Shown here: in pieces, positions 1 through 9,520 of the stretch
How positions within the stretch are numbered: position 1 is the first letter of the stretch
Layout of the letters: each line of letters opens with the position of its first letter
Assembly: GCA_036679605.1 (NCBI GenBank)
Contig: JAZDCZ010000407.1
Span: forward strand, 64,001 to 128,000
Origin: Gemmatimonadota bacterium
GTDB taxonomy: Bacteria; Gemmatimonadota; Gemmatimonadetes; Gemmatimonadales; GWC2-71-9
DNA length: 64,000 nt
Direction of reading: 5' to 3'
The notes under the pieces: generated by a model
What the model was told of the DNA's origin: nothing
Databases searched by the model: none
The model's input: the letters and a program-made list of their open reading frames with translations, nothing else
Position numbers and translations under genes: made by a program

Positions 1-642
1 CATAACCTCGCGATGCTTGACGCGATAGCTGTGACGGACAATGGTTCCGATGATGGCACATGGGAGATACTTCAGAGCCTCGCCGCGAGGGATGACCGCA
101 TATGCCTTTTCCGGGATTTAGCGCCTTTCAACCACCGAGTGTTCCACCGCAGCGCAATGATGGTTCGCCGCATAGGCTGGCGCCGCCGACGGGGCGATTG
201 GGTGGTGCAGTGTGACTGCGACGAGATGTACGAGAGTGATGTGAGGGCAGTGTGCGAAGCCTCGGCGGATCACGATCTAATACTTGGACGCAAGTGGATG
301 TTCACATTGCTGCCAGATACGCCGACTGAGGGGCCTGTGCGCGAGAGGGTCAGGTGGCACCATCCCAAGCCACATGTCGAGCTTAGGGCGTACCGTAACC
401 CGCGATGGTTTTTCGTGCGGGCAGTCGAGACAAGGTATGGGCTGAGCATATCCCCACTCCGTCTCGATATCGCGCATTACCAATACCGCAGCCCAGAACA
501 GGTGGAGTCTCGACTCGCCGTGCGGCATCTGGCCGCCGAGACGCATGATCTGGAATGGTGGCGTCGGAGTCCACTGGGCGTCGCGTCTAGCAGCAGGGGA
601 CTCGTTCGCCGAGACATTCTGGACGGTTGGAGGTCCTCATGA
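1..642 (+). CDS. Glycosyltransferase family 2-like protein (probably 5'-truncated)
   Basis: DNGSDDGT and DCDE motifs, IAHYQYRS tail; frame open from base 1. Confidence 0.75.
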   Translation, partial: HNLAMLDAIAVTDNGSDDGTWEILQSLAARDDRICLFRDLAPFNHRVFHRSAMMVRRIGWRRRRGDWVVQCDCDEMYESDVRAVCEASADHDLILGRKWMFTLLPDTPTEGPVRERVRWHHPKPHVELRAYRNPRWFFVRAVETRYGLSISPLRLDIAHYQYRSPEQVESRLAVRHLAAETHDLEWWRRSPLGVASSSRGLVRRDILDGWRSS

Positions 643-1445
643 CGCCAGTCGTATGGGGTATTATGCTGGCGAAGGACGAGGCTGACATTGTCGGCACGAA
701 CATCCGGCATCACTTGGCCTTGGGGCTGTCTGGCTTCGTCGTGTTTGATAACATGAGTCGCGACGGCACTGGCGACATTGCCAGATCACTTGACGTCGAT
801 GTATTTTTGGACGAGGAGGTGGCCTTCTGCCAGCAGACCAAGAACCGCCGCATGACAGAGAAAGCGTCGTTGTTAGGTGCCGAGTGGGTACTGGCAGTGG
901 ACGCCGATGAGCTGTGGTATCCCACCCACGACAAGACGATACCGGAGGCGATTGCATCCCTGCCGCTAGGGACGGACGCCGTCCGCGCCCTCTCATTTGA
1001 TCATGTATGTTGCGAGTTGGACGACGAGTCTGAGGCCGATCCTGTCCTGCGCATGGGCTGGCGGCGGAACAGACCGAGCATAGGCAAAGTAGCGCACCGA
1101 TGCCTGCCTGGCGCGTACGCGTGGGGCGGGAACGAGAGTTGGGTACTCGACGGTGAGGTGAAGGAACCTGACCCGTGTAATTGTCTCCGCATACGGCATT
1201 ATTCCGTACGGGGACTATCCCACCTGAAGCGGAAGGCTGCGAACGGTTGGAGAGCCGTGAATGGACAGCCGGGCGTGAGCAGGAGAGCCTGCGGCCACTG
1301 GCGCAAATGGTATCGTAAGTACCGGGACGATCCTGTGTGGTTCCGGTCGTATTTTGAGGGAAAGGTGCGATTGAACCAGGGTAGGATTGCGCGGGAGTCC
1401 GGCGGTTGGGTTGAGGATCCCTTCACGCCAGCGCATTTGCGGTAA
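639..1445 (+). CDS. Glycosyltransferase family 2-like protein
   Basis: KDEADIV, DNMSRDGT, DADE, RHYSVR; ATGA overlap with upstream gene, GGAGG RBS. Confidence 0.8.
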   Translation: MTPVVWGIMLAKDEADIVGTNIRHHLALGLSGFVVFDNMSRDGTGDIARSLDVDVFLDEEVAFCQQTKNRRMTEKASLLGAEWVLAVDADELWYPTHDKTIPEAIASLPLGTDAVRALSFDHVCCELDDESEADPVLRMGWRRNRPSIGKVAHRCLPGAYAWGGNESWVLDGEVKEPDPCNCLRIRHYSVRGLSHLKRKAANGWRAVNGQPGVSRRACGHWRKWYRKYRDDPVWFRSYFEGKVRLNQGRIARESGGWVEDPFTPAHLR

Positions 1446-1451
1446 GTCGAT

Positions 1452-1572
1452 GTCAATCAGCCGAAATGCAGGACTTGTTACACGCCGATAGCGTGTGACA
1501 TTTCCAGCATTACGATGCGGCAGGCTTTCAGCTTAGTTGCAAGCCACCGGCCTTGTGCCGGTGGTAATTGAC
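1452..1572 (+). mobile_element. IS200/IS605-family right-end / omegaRNA-like remnant
   Basis: Ends in GCAAGCCACCGGCCTTGTGCCGGTGGTAATTGAC hairpin shared with 3047, 14769, 21633; starts GTCAAT complementary to terminal ATTGAC. Confidence 0.65.
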
Positions 1573-1578
1573 TTTGAA

Positions 1579-2553
1579 TTACCAGCCGAGCAAATAGGCG
1601 AACATCAGGGGTACTACTATCGTTGCGTCTGACTCGATGACAAACCTTGGCGTGTCCGGCGTCAGCTTACCCCATGTGATTTTTTCGTTCGGCACAGCGC
1701 CGGAGTAGGAACCATAGCTGGTGGTGCTATCGCTCACTTGACAGAAGTATTCCCAGCACCGCACCTCCTGTGTCTCCCCGACCGCGACAGGCAAATCCTT
1801 CGCGATCAGCGGTACGACGCATATGGGAAAGTCGCCTGCGATACCGCCGCCTATCTGGAAGAACCCAGTCGGCGAGTCCTCGTTGTTCTGGTACCAGCGC
1901 ACGAGCTCTTTCATGTAGTCCACGCCCGATTTCACGCACGGTTTCGGCAATCTACCGTTGATAAGGCAGGCGGCGTAGCCGTTGCCGAGGGTGGAATCCT
2001 CCCAGCCAGGTACGAAGATTGGCAGGCCTGCCTCCGCAGCGGCTAGGAGCCAACTCGCGGATGGGTCGATACAATACTGACCCTTCAGGTCACCTTCCAG
2101 CAGGGCGGTGCACAGGAACTCGTGAGGGAAAAAGGTCTCGCCAGCTTCGCAGGCGCGGAGCCATCTCGGACGGAGGACATCTTCCAAACGCACCATCGCG
2201 TCCTCTGGTATACAGGTATCGGTGACTCGGCTCATGCCGCTATCATAGATGATTTGCTCCTCGCTCGGCGAGAGGTGTCTGTAGTCCGGCATCCTCTGGT
2301 AACCGTCCGCCGCGATGAGATTGTAAATGTCCTCCTCTAGGTTGGCTCCAGTGCAGCAGATGGCATGGACCTTATCTTGGCGTATCATCTCGGCTAAGGA
2401 AAGGCCGATCTCCGCCGTACTCATCGCGCCAGCCATGGTGAGGAGCATCTTGCCGTCCCGATTCAGCAGTCTCTCATATTCTCTGGAAGCGTCCCTTAGA
2501 GTGGCAGCGTTGAAGTGCCGGAAGTGTCTGTCCACGAATTGCCGAATGTCCAT
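1579..2553 (-). CDS. Deoxyhypusine synthase-like protein (bacterial homospermidine-synthesis type)
   Basis: AGAMSTAE, TGANLEED, FQIGGGIAGDF, SGAVPNEKITWGK motifs. Confidence 0.9.
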   Translation of the reverse strand: MDIRQFVDRHFRHFNAATLRDASREYERLLNRDGKMLLTMAGAMSTAEIGLSLAEMIRQDKVHAICCTGANLEEDIYNLIAADGYQRMPDYRHLSPSEEQIIYDSGMSRVTDTCIPEDAMVRLEDVLRPRWLRACEAGETFFPHEFLCTALLEGDLKGQYCIDPSASWLLAAAEAGLPIFVPGWEDSTLGNGYAACLINGRLPKPCVKSGVDYMKELVRWYQNNEDSPTGFFQIGGGIAGDFPICVVPLIAKDLPVAVGETQEVRCWEYFCQVSDSTTSYGSYSGAVPNEKITWGKLTPDTPRFVIESDATIVVPLMFAYLLGW

Positions 2554-2927
2554 TCCTTCTCCTCTGTTATTTTCCACGCGCGGTCGATTAGCTTGGCCCG
2601 ACCATCAAAAGGTGACCATAACGAGTCGATGTGCATCAACACCGCTTTGGACCGGAACGCCATACAGGAATAGAGGCAGAAGCTAAGCCTGCCAGACTCG
2701 TCCGACTCTGCCGACCACCAATGGAACGCCGCGTGGGATGTGCTGATGACCAGTATTCCTGTGATGCCTTCGTTCCCTTCGTCCAAACATTTTACACACC
2801 GCGCTGGCATGAGTGTATTCATGCCCACCAATGGCGGCAGGGCGTCCAGCCACGCCGTGCAGGCGGCGATGTCTGGGGTAGCTGCCACGCGGGCGTTGAC
2901 CATTAGATGCATGTGTTGGCTCGGCAT
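2496..2927 (-). CDS. SpeD-like pyruvoyl-dependent decarboxylase proenzyme
   Basis: GITGILVISTSHAAFHWW (self-cleavage Ser) and LYSC motif, 143 aa. Confidence 0.75.
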   Translation of the reverse strand: MPSQHMHLMVNARVAATPDIAACTAWLDALPPLVGMNTLMPARCVKCLDEGNEGITGILVISTSHAAFHWWSAESDESGRLSFCLYSCMAFRSKAVLMHIDSLWSPFDGRAKLIDRAWKITEEKEWTFGNSWTDTSGTSTLPL

Positions 2928-3046
2928 TCAGGTTGCGTGTGCAACTAGAACAAAATAATAAGCTGACACAAAGGCTCTGGAATCCCACCGTGATGGTGAA
3001 TGCCTCGCCAAGCAGAAACCTACGAGTGTGTCATATATAATAGTGT

Positions 3047-3613
3047 GTCAATTACCACCGGCACAAGGCCAGTGGCTTGCAACTTGGGTTGCGCGCAATC
3101 GCCTTCTGGAGGAACGAGTGCCTTTTGCCTGCAATGTGCTTCTGTTGTGGCCGTAGCGCCGCTTCGCGGCTCCAATGCTGGACTTGCCAAGTGTTCGCAC
3201 GCTGTAGCATTTTCTGCATCACAGTCAAGCATGATCCTGAACCGCTTGCCGATGCAGGACAGAGTCAGAAGACTGCCTCTCATGGAGAGTGTGCGAAGGT
3301 TATACCTGACGCTAAGCGTGTTCTTCGTGGGAGTTTTCCACTCACCCTTGTTGCCCAGGATGCGATTCGCGGATGCCGCGATAGAGTCCCTCATGGGCTT
3401 TCTGTTTGCTATATGTTCGATTCTCCGTCGCCCATTTGGTGTGTTCGTCGAAGATTTCGACACAAGTCTCCAACATGGGCAGAAACCTGTCCTTCGGAAG
3501 GTCCGGGCACAACGACACTGTACGAACCATTTTCATATGACATTCTATCTAAAGGAGGAATGCGGGGGTTCACTTTCCTCCACCGGCACGAGACGTGTCC
3601 CCGCTCACATTTT
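3047..3613 (-). mobile_element. Decayed IS200/IS605-type element: left end, internally deleted tnpB, right end
   Basis: Left end 3551-3613 repeated at 63484-63551; TnpB-like fragments MKMVRTVSL..WATENRTYSKQKAHEGLY and VRYNLRTLSMRGSLLTLSCIGKR in different frames; right-end hairpin 3047-3080. Confidence 0.7.
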
Positions 3614-4717
3614 ATGAAGCTGGATTTCGCTGAATTTTTCGCTGGCATGGGGCTTGTCCGTGTTGGTTTGGAGCCGTTTTGGCAATGTTGCTATGCCAAC
3701 GATATAGATGCCATAAAGGGCAAAATGTACCAAGCATTGTTTCCGGACTCCGCCGAGTTCCACTTGTGCGACATTTGGGAGACCGACGAGGTGATATTGC
3801 GGGCAGGTTCGCCCTTCCTTGTGACTGCGTCCTTCCCGTGTACAGATCTCTCACTCGCTGGCGTGCAGCGTGGCCTGTCTGGAGCTGGCTCCGGAGCTTT
3901 CCATGGCTTAATGCTTGTCATGCACGAATGGCTGTCGGCGGGCAAACTTCCGCCCATGGTCATGTTGGAGAATGTACACGGGTTCGTCACTGGCCGCAGT
4001 GGGCGGGATTTCAGGACAGTGTGTGGCGAGTTGCGGTCGCTTGGCTATTCGCTTGATGCGATTTCCCTAGACGCGAGGCATTTCACGCCTCAAAGCAGGC
4101 CTCGCATCTTCATCGTCGGGTTTCTTGGGGAACCGCCTGACAATATGTTTGGCGAGAGGCCGACGATCCTACGCCCACCTGCATTGGTGTCCGCGATGGC
4201 ATTAGAGGGCGGGCGGTGGTCTGGCTTCCGGTTCTCTGAGCCGCCGGAGATGAATGTTCCGTTGGAATCCATTTTGGACTCTGGGGATGGCCAAGATTGG
4301 TGGACTGAGGAACAGGTTGATAGGCATGCCGCTAGTATGAGCCGCGCACACAAAGATCGCCTCGCAAGCATTGTTCCGGCAGTCGTACCAGCGTTCAGGA
4401 GGACGCGCAATGGAAAAGTGAGGCTTGAGGTGCGGTTTGACGGATTGGCAGGTTGTCTCCGGACGCCCCGCGGTGGCAGCGGGAGGCAGATCATCGTGAG
4501 GGCGGCTATCGACGGAAGTCTGGCGATGAGGTGGATGACATCCACAGAGTACGCTCGGCTTCAGGGCGCGCCGCATCCAGGCATCGCCGTCTCTGAAAGG
4601 CAAGCGATGTTCGGTTTCGGCGACGCCGTGTGTGTGCCAGTGATTTCTTGGTTGAATCACAATCTTCTGTCGCCTCTGGCCACCCACCTCCGCCGGGAAC
4701 TAGCTAGAATCCACTGA
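3614..4717 (+). CDS. DNA (cytosine-5) methyltransferase
   Basis: FFAGMG, SFPC, ENV, QSRPRIF, GDAV motifs. Confidence 0.92.
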   Translation: MKLDFAEFFAGMGLVRVGLEPFWQCCYANDIDAIKGKMYQALFPDSAEFHLCDIWETDEVILRAGSPFLVTASFPCTDLSLAGVQRGLSGAGSGAFHGLMLVMHEWLSAGKLPPMVMLENVHGFVTGRSGRDFRTVCGELRSLGYSLDAISLDARHFTPQSRPRIFIVGFLGEPPDNMFGERPTILRPPALVSAMALEGGRWSGFRFSEPPEMNVPLESILDSGDGQDWWTEEQVDRHAASMSRAHKDRLASIVPAVVPAFRRTRNGKVRLEVRFDGLAGCLRTPRGGSGRQIIVRAAIDGSLAMRWMTSTEYARLQGAPHPGIAVSERQAMFGFGDAVCVPVISWLNHNLLSPLATHLRRELARIH

Positions 4718-5343
4718 TGAAGTTCCCCAACCTGAAGATAGTGCGGCACCCTTTGATCCAGGAGAAACTTACGCGCATCCGCGACAGACACACGGGTAGC
4801 CCAGAATTCAGGATCCTACTTTCGGAGATCGCGGAGTTGATGGCCTATGAGCTGACGGCGGATTTTCCCGTGAGGGATGTCGTGGTTGAGACCCCTCTCG
4901 CCGTCATGACTGGTGCTGAGTTGGCCATAGGCGTCACGCTTGTGCCGATAATACGAGCAGGACTAGGGATGTTGGACGGCATCTTGCGTTTGGTGCCGCA
5001 GGCTAAGGTTGGGCATGTTGGGATGTACAGGGATGAGGACACGCTTGAGCCAGTCGAGTATTACGGGAGATTGCCAAAGGATGCTGCCGACACCAATATC
5101 ATCGTCATCGACCCCATGCTCGCGACTGGCGGCTCATGTAGTGCGGCGGTGTCGAAGCTAGGGGAGTCGCACAGCGTGAGGGTGCTGTGTCTCGTGGCGT
5201 CGCCGGAGGGTGTTGCCCGCATGCTGGAGGATCACCCACTCGTGACGGTCTATGCGGCGGCGTTGGACGAGAGGCTCGACCACAGGGGATATATTCTGCC
5301 CGGACTGGGCGACGCGGGCGACCGCATATACGGCACAACATAA
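4717..5343 (+). CDS. upp: Uracil phosphoribosyltransferase
   Basis: PIIRAGLGM, DPMLATGGS, YILPGLGDAGDR. Confidence 0.95.
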   Translation: MKFPNLKIVRHPLIQEKLTRIRDRHTGSPEFRILLSEIAELMAYELTADFPVRDVVVETPLAVMTGAELAIGVTLVPIIRAGLGMLDGILRLVPQAKVGHVGMYRDEDTLEPVEYYGRLPKDAADTNIIVIDPMLATGGSCSAAVSKLGESHSVRVLCLVASPEGVARMLEDHPLVTVYAAALDERLDHRGYILPGLGDAGDRIYGTT

Positions 5344-5433
5344 AGGAGATACGATGCGAAGATCCGGTCAATTCAAGTCTGACCCTGAAATCCATGTTGC
5401 ATGGCCAGGTGTTTGCAAGAATTTGAGGATGCC

Positions 5434-5580
5434 ATGAGTAAACTGAACTCGGTTTTGGACAGAGTCATCTATCGCGGCGATAAGGACAAGTTGGTGCTTG
5501 CCGTGAATCTGGCTATCTCCGCAGGGAAGGAAGCGCAGAGGGCACTAGAACAAGCATACGGGAAAAAGGAGGACAGATGA
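5434..5580 (+). CDS. Small hypothetical protein (48 aa)
   Basis: GAGG RBS; stop overlaps next ATG (ATGA). Confidence 0.45.
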   Translation: MSKLNSVLDRVIYRGDKDKLVLAVNLAISAGKEAQRALEQAYGKKEDR

Positions 5581-6299
5581 GCGATGTGACCAAGAGCCGC
5601 CAGACATGCAGGGAATGCAAGAGTTCCAGTCAGGTCATCCGTGTGCGGTGGCAGGACGACTGCGGCGGCCCGACGATCGACTATGACAATCATATCTGTT
5701 TGGGGTGCGGGCTGTACGCGAATGGAAGCGGATGCAGCCTGGGCGAGCAGTCACTGAATGAGTACCAGAGGGAGTATGGATATATTGTCTCGCGGGAGAA
5801 CGCGGCGTACCGGAAACTGATGAACGCGGCGATCAAGGAGGCCAAGGCCGGGCTAGCCGAGGGCGGCATCCCGATAGGGGCAGTCCTGGGGACGCCTGGC
5901 GGTCGCATCCTGGCGAGGGGACACAACATGCGGGTCCAGGACGGGAACCCCATGGCGCACGCTGAGATCGCGTGCATGGCGGCCCTCGGTAGGGAAAGGG
6001 ACTTCAACGGTCTGGTGTTGGCGTCCACTCTGATGCCATGCATGATGTGCGCTGGCGCCGCGATACAGTTCGGTGTCGGCACCGTGCTCGTTGGCGACAG
6101 CCTGATGTTCAAAGGGGAGAGGGGACTCCTGGAGTTGCGGGGTGTGAAGGTGGAGGACATGTGCGACAAGAGGTGCACCGGCATGATGTCGCGCTTCATC
6201 CAAGACAACCCAGATCTGTGGAGCGAGGACATAGGCGTGAAGACGAAAAAGCGGGGTCGGAAGGCGCGCGCGAGCTGCGAATCGTGCGGAAGAAGGTAG
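5577..6299 (+). CDS. Cytosine/nucleoside deaminase (Fcy1-like) with N-terminal Cys-rich extension
   Basis: HAE and PCMMC zinc motifs; FIQDNPDLWSEDIG C-terminus. Confidence 0.85.
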   Translation: MSDVTKSRQTCRECKSSSQVIRVRWQDDCGGPTIDYDNHICLGCGLYANGSGCSLGEQSLNEYQREYGYIVSRENAAYRKLMNAAIKEAKAGLAEGGIPIGAVLGTPGGRILARGHNMRVQDGNPMAHAEIACMAALGRERDFNGLVLASTLMPCMMCAGAAIQFGVGTVLVGDSLMFKGERGLLELRGVKVEDMCDKRCTGMMSRFIQDNPDLWSEDIGVKTKKRGRKARASCESCGRR

Positions 6300-6314
6300 C
6301 CGACCTGCGTGCTC

Positions 6315-6599
6315 CTAGATGAACGGCGTCAGTTCCACCGAGTTCGCCGCAGGACGGGAACGGATTCCATTTCCTCCTCCGAGGAACATCTCTAGGATAT
6401 AAGACTTCGTGAATCCGTGCCACACGATCGGTGACATCTCGTCGCTGACGCATCGGGTGTAGAGAGTGAACAGTTCCCCCTTGGTCAACTTCATGAGGTC
6501 CGACTTCGTTGCTGTGAATGCCTCCAGCTTGCAGTCGCAGCATTCTTGAGGGCTGCAGCCGCAGGACAGTTTTTCCGGCTTCAAGTTGATTCCGATCAT
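6315..6599 (-). CDS. Hypothetical protein
   Basis: 94-aa ORF with GGAG RBS. Confidence 0.45.
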   Translation of the reverse strand: MIGINLKPEKLSCGCSPQECCDCKLEAFTATKSDLMKLTKGELFTLYTRCVSDEMSPIVWHGFTKSYILEMFLGGGNGIRSRPAANSVELTPFI

Positions 6600-6691
6600 A
6601 TTCGCTCTCCGAGTTCTGTGAAAACGAGCGAATGGTCCGATATGGCGGTTAATAGTCGTTTTCCACCACCGTGAAGCTGATTCTCATCGTG

Positions 6692-6861
6692 TCAATCCCT
6701 TTCCCAGACGCCGTCCGGTCGCATGCGGAGGCGTTCCCTTCGGCGGCCTTCCAATTAGTCGGCGTCCGCGTCGTCAGGCTCTCCGCCCCGTTCGTGCCGT
6801 AGATGGATCGTCAGGCTTTCCGCCCCGTTCGTGGGTCGTTGAGTTGGATGTCATAGCTCAT
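6692..6861 (-). pseudogene. Deleted remnant of a small phage-type gene
   Basis: Fragments MSYDIQLNDP / IYGTNGAES / WKAAEGNA / MRPDGVWE broken by stops and frameshifts; 25-bp near-direct repeat inside. Confidence 0.35.
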
Positions 6862-6893
6862 GGATCGGCTTTCTCAAATGTCGTCATGAGAAC

Positions 6894-6931
6894 AAAGGGG
6901 GGGACGAAAACGTCCCCCCCTTTTTTTTTTT
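6894..6931. terminator. Rho-independent terminator (possibly bidirectional)
   Basis: GGGGGGGACG-AAAA-CGTCCCCCCC stem followed by long T tract. Confidence 0.8.
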
Positions 6932-6948
6932 ATTCATGCGATGATATG

Positions 6949-8790
6949 TTACTCGCCTGTCAGGGAGAGGTCGATCGTGGCGACCTTCTCCTGGGCGATA
7001 ATGTCGAGCGCGCCGAGCGTCGCCCGCACGGCCGCAGCACCATCCGGATCGACTTTGGACATGCCATCGAGCAGTGCCTGCACGGCGGGCGACCTCCCGA
7101 CATTCAAACCAAGGCTCAATCCACCGTTCTCGCCGCCGTACATCGCTTGTATTAGCGACATTGGTGCAGGCAGGTTCACGACCGCATAACTGCCGATGCC
7201 CGCTGCCCTCGCCGCCGCCTTGATTGCGTCATCGACGCCGCCGAGTTTGTCGGCCAAACCTAGTCCGATCGCTTGTGACCCAGTGTATACTCGTCCGCCA
7301 GCGATCTCGTCAATCGGCTTGGACAGTTTGTTTCCACGGCCCTCCGTGACGCGCGACTTGAATACGCCGTAGATGGTCTCCATCTGTGTCCTGACGATCG
7401 CCCTCTCATCCTCGCTGAACGGCGTGGAGGAACTGTATATCCCCGCGTGCGCCCCTCGTTGCGTTGTGTGCCATTTGACGCTAAGCTTGCCCCAGCCGCC
7501 TGTGGTGACGAATTTGCCGCCCACGACGCCGATCGACCCAGTTATGGTCGTTGGTTCCACGAAGATCATCCTCGCCGGTGTCGAGACATAGTATCCACCA
7601 CTGGCGGCGACATTACCCATGGAGACGAACAGTGGTTTGCGCTTGGCCAACTTGGCCGCCGCACTCCAAATAACCTCAGACGCGAGTGCTGATCCGCCCG
7701 GCGAGTTCACGCGGAGTACCACGGCCTTGATTGTCGGATCGTTCATAGCCTGCACGAGAGCCCTACGGATGGTCGTGCTGTAAGCGCCTTTCGATGCGCC
7801 GAACAGTCCGACTTTCTGCTCCCCGCTGTGGATCGCACCGTCCACACTGACGATAGCAATCGCGGCACCGCCAGGTACAGCCTGCATGGGCTTTCCTTTG
7901 AGCATCTTCGCGAGTTCCATGAACATCCCGAACGGATTGTCGGGCATGTTCGCGAACGGGTTCTCGTTGCCACCGCCGTAATTGGCACGTATTGGACCGT
8001 GCTGCGACGCAATGCGATTGATGAAGTCCTGCTGGTGTTCGACGGAGTCAATTAGGCCAGCCGCTAGCGCACCCTCGGCTAAATATGGACCGCCGTCAAT
8101 CAACGCACGAGCCTTCTCTGGCGTCACATGCCGCCCCTCCGCGATCATGGATATGATGGAGTTGTACAAGTCGTCATAGAGCCAACCACTCATGGCCTTC
8201 GCGGCATCGGACGGTCCGTCGCGGGTGATGGTCTCCGCTGCAGTCTTGAAGTCACCAATATGTATGAAGTCCGCTCGGACGCCCACCATGTCGAGCAGCC
8301 CTTTGAGGTATGCCATGCTTGAGTGCAGCCCAATCAGGTTCACGCTTCCTGTGGGCGTCACATTGATGTGTGTGGCCGCGCTAGCGAGCGCGTACGACGC
8401 AGTGCTGAGTGTGTCCACGGTGACATACACTTCCTTGTCCGCCGCCGCGAGCTTGAACATCTGTGCCCTGATCTCAGCGAGCTGGCCAAGGCCGTATGAG
8501 GACGCGTTGAGATCCAAGATCACCGCCCGAACGGATGAATCTTGCCGAGCCGCTTCTAAGCGAGACACCAGCTCGTGAGTTGTTTGCGCCGCGCCAGGCT
8601 GCGCTCCGAAGAGTCCTTGTTGCGCTGGCGTCTCTGTTAAAGCACCTACACGGATGTGTGCAATGCCTGCCCGTTTCTGCACAAGAGGCTGGTTGCCCTC
8701 AAACTTGAGGGTGAATTGCGCCTGTGCGGCACCTGTGAACGCGAAGACCGCCAAGGCCGCCGCGACGATGGTTGTTTTCCGTTTCGTCAT
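6949..8790 (-). CDS. sppA: Signal peptide peptidase SppA (67K type)
   Basis: VNSPGGS, AASGGY, TITGSIGV, GDFKTAAE motifs; signal peptide; AGGAG RBS. Confidence 0.92.
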   Translation of the reverse strand: MTKRKTTIVAAALAVFAFTGAAQAQFTLKFEGNQPLVQKRAGIAHIRVGALTETPAQQGLFGAQPGAAQTTHELVSRLEAARQDSSVRAVILDLNASSYGLGQLAEIRAQMFKLAAADKEVYVTVDTLSTASYALASAATHINVTPTGSVNLIGLHSSMAYLKGLLDMVGVRADFIHIGDFKTAAETITRDGPSDAAKAMSGWLYDDLYNSIISMIAEGRHVTPEKARALIDGGPYLAEGALAAGLIDSVEHQQDFINRIASQHGPIRANYGGGNENPFANMPDNPFGMFMELAKMLKGKPMQAVPGGAAIAIVSVDGAIHSGEQKVGLFGASKGAYSTTIRRALVQAMNDPTIKAVVLRVNSPGGSALASEVIWSAAAKLAKRKPLFVSMGNVAASGGYYVSTPARMIFVEPTTITGSIGVVGGKFVTTGGWGKLSVKWHTTQRGAHAGIYSSSTPFSEDERAIVRTQMETIYGVFKSRVTEGRGNKLSKPIDEIAGGRVYTGSQAIGLGLADKLGGVDDAIKAAARAAGIGSYAVVNLPAPMSLIQAMYGGENGGLSLGLNVGRSPAVQALLDGMSKVDPDGAAAVRATLGALDIIAQEKVATIDLSLTGE

Positions 8791-8838
8791 TTTCAATCTC
8801 CTTTGTATGTGCCTGTTTTCCAGACTTTCCCAAAACAT

Positions 8839-9192
8839 TCAAAACTGCCTCGCTGAGTGCCGATCCTTTGGACACGGCGACTCCAACCTATAGGAGAAGG
8901 TCTCGAAACGGGCCCACATCCTATCGGACATGCAACGTACGACGCGCCAAGCGCCGTTCACGAAAATTATTGTTTCCTCAATCCTACCTGGTTCTTCGCC
9001 CGGCGGGTGTTCTAAGAGCAACCATGCGCGCCGTCTCGCAGCTCCCCCACCGCGCACCTTTGCGCGGTGCCAAAACATGTGATTATCTAGGTCATCCCTC
9101 ACGACAGCTCTATCGCCGGATTCCAGCTTGGCAAGAGTCTTCCTCCACTCAGCGTCAAGGTGCCTTCTGTCTTTCCTAACTGTCATGGCCAC
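8839..9192 (-). CDS. Hypothetical protein
   Basis: 117-aa ORF overlapping upstream gene end. Confidence 0.5.
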   Translation of the reverse strand: MAMTVRKDRRHLDAEWRKTLAKLESGDRAVVRDDLDNHMFWHRAKVRGGGAARRRAWLLLEHPPGEEPGRIEETIIFVNGAWRVVRCMSDRMWARFETFSYRLESPCPKDRHSARQF

Positions 9193-9490
9193 GCCCTTCT
9201 CCGCGTAGTTCTCTTTCGCGGGCCTCTGCGTCGAACTTGGCGTACTTCGTGAGCAGGTTCAGGTCGGTCGCCTTGTCGATTAGTTTCGCATTGGCCTCCG
9301 TGAGTTCCCCTAGAGCCTGTGTGAACTCCATCGCAGCTATCCTCCCAGCTTCGCCAGCTTTCTTGATATCCGCAGCTCTCTTACGGGTCTCCTCGGCCAA
9401 CATTCTCAGTGCAGATCTGCGATCCTCCGGCAGCGACTCTATTTGCTGTTTGAATTCCGCCATTGCCTCATTGAAGGAGCGTTCTTCCAT
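9176..9490 (-). CDS. Hypothetical coiled-coil protein (leaderless start)
   Basis: TACTAT + 5 nt + ATG; helical charged sequence. Confidence 0.65.
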   Translation of the reverse strand: MEERSFNEAMAEFKQQIESLPEDRRSALRMLAEETRKRAADIKKAGEAGRIAAMEFTQALGELTEANAKLIDKATDLNLLTKYAKFDAEARERELRGEGRGHDS

Positions 9491-9520
9491 GACCTATAGT
9501 ATCCGACATTAGGGTTCGAG

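Noticed and set aside
3077..3613. 179-aa N-terminal extension of Dcm in the ORF track
   Set aside because: It is the antisense strand of the decayed tnpB element; motif I starts at 3614.
6773..6833. 25-bp direct repeat as a mini-CRISPR
   Set aside because: Only two copies ~11 nt apart, within a decayed gene.
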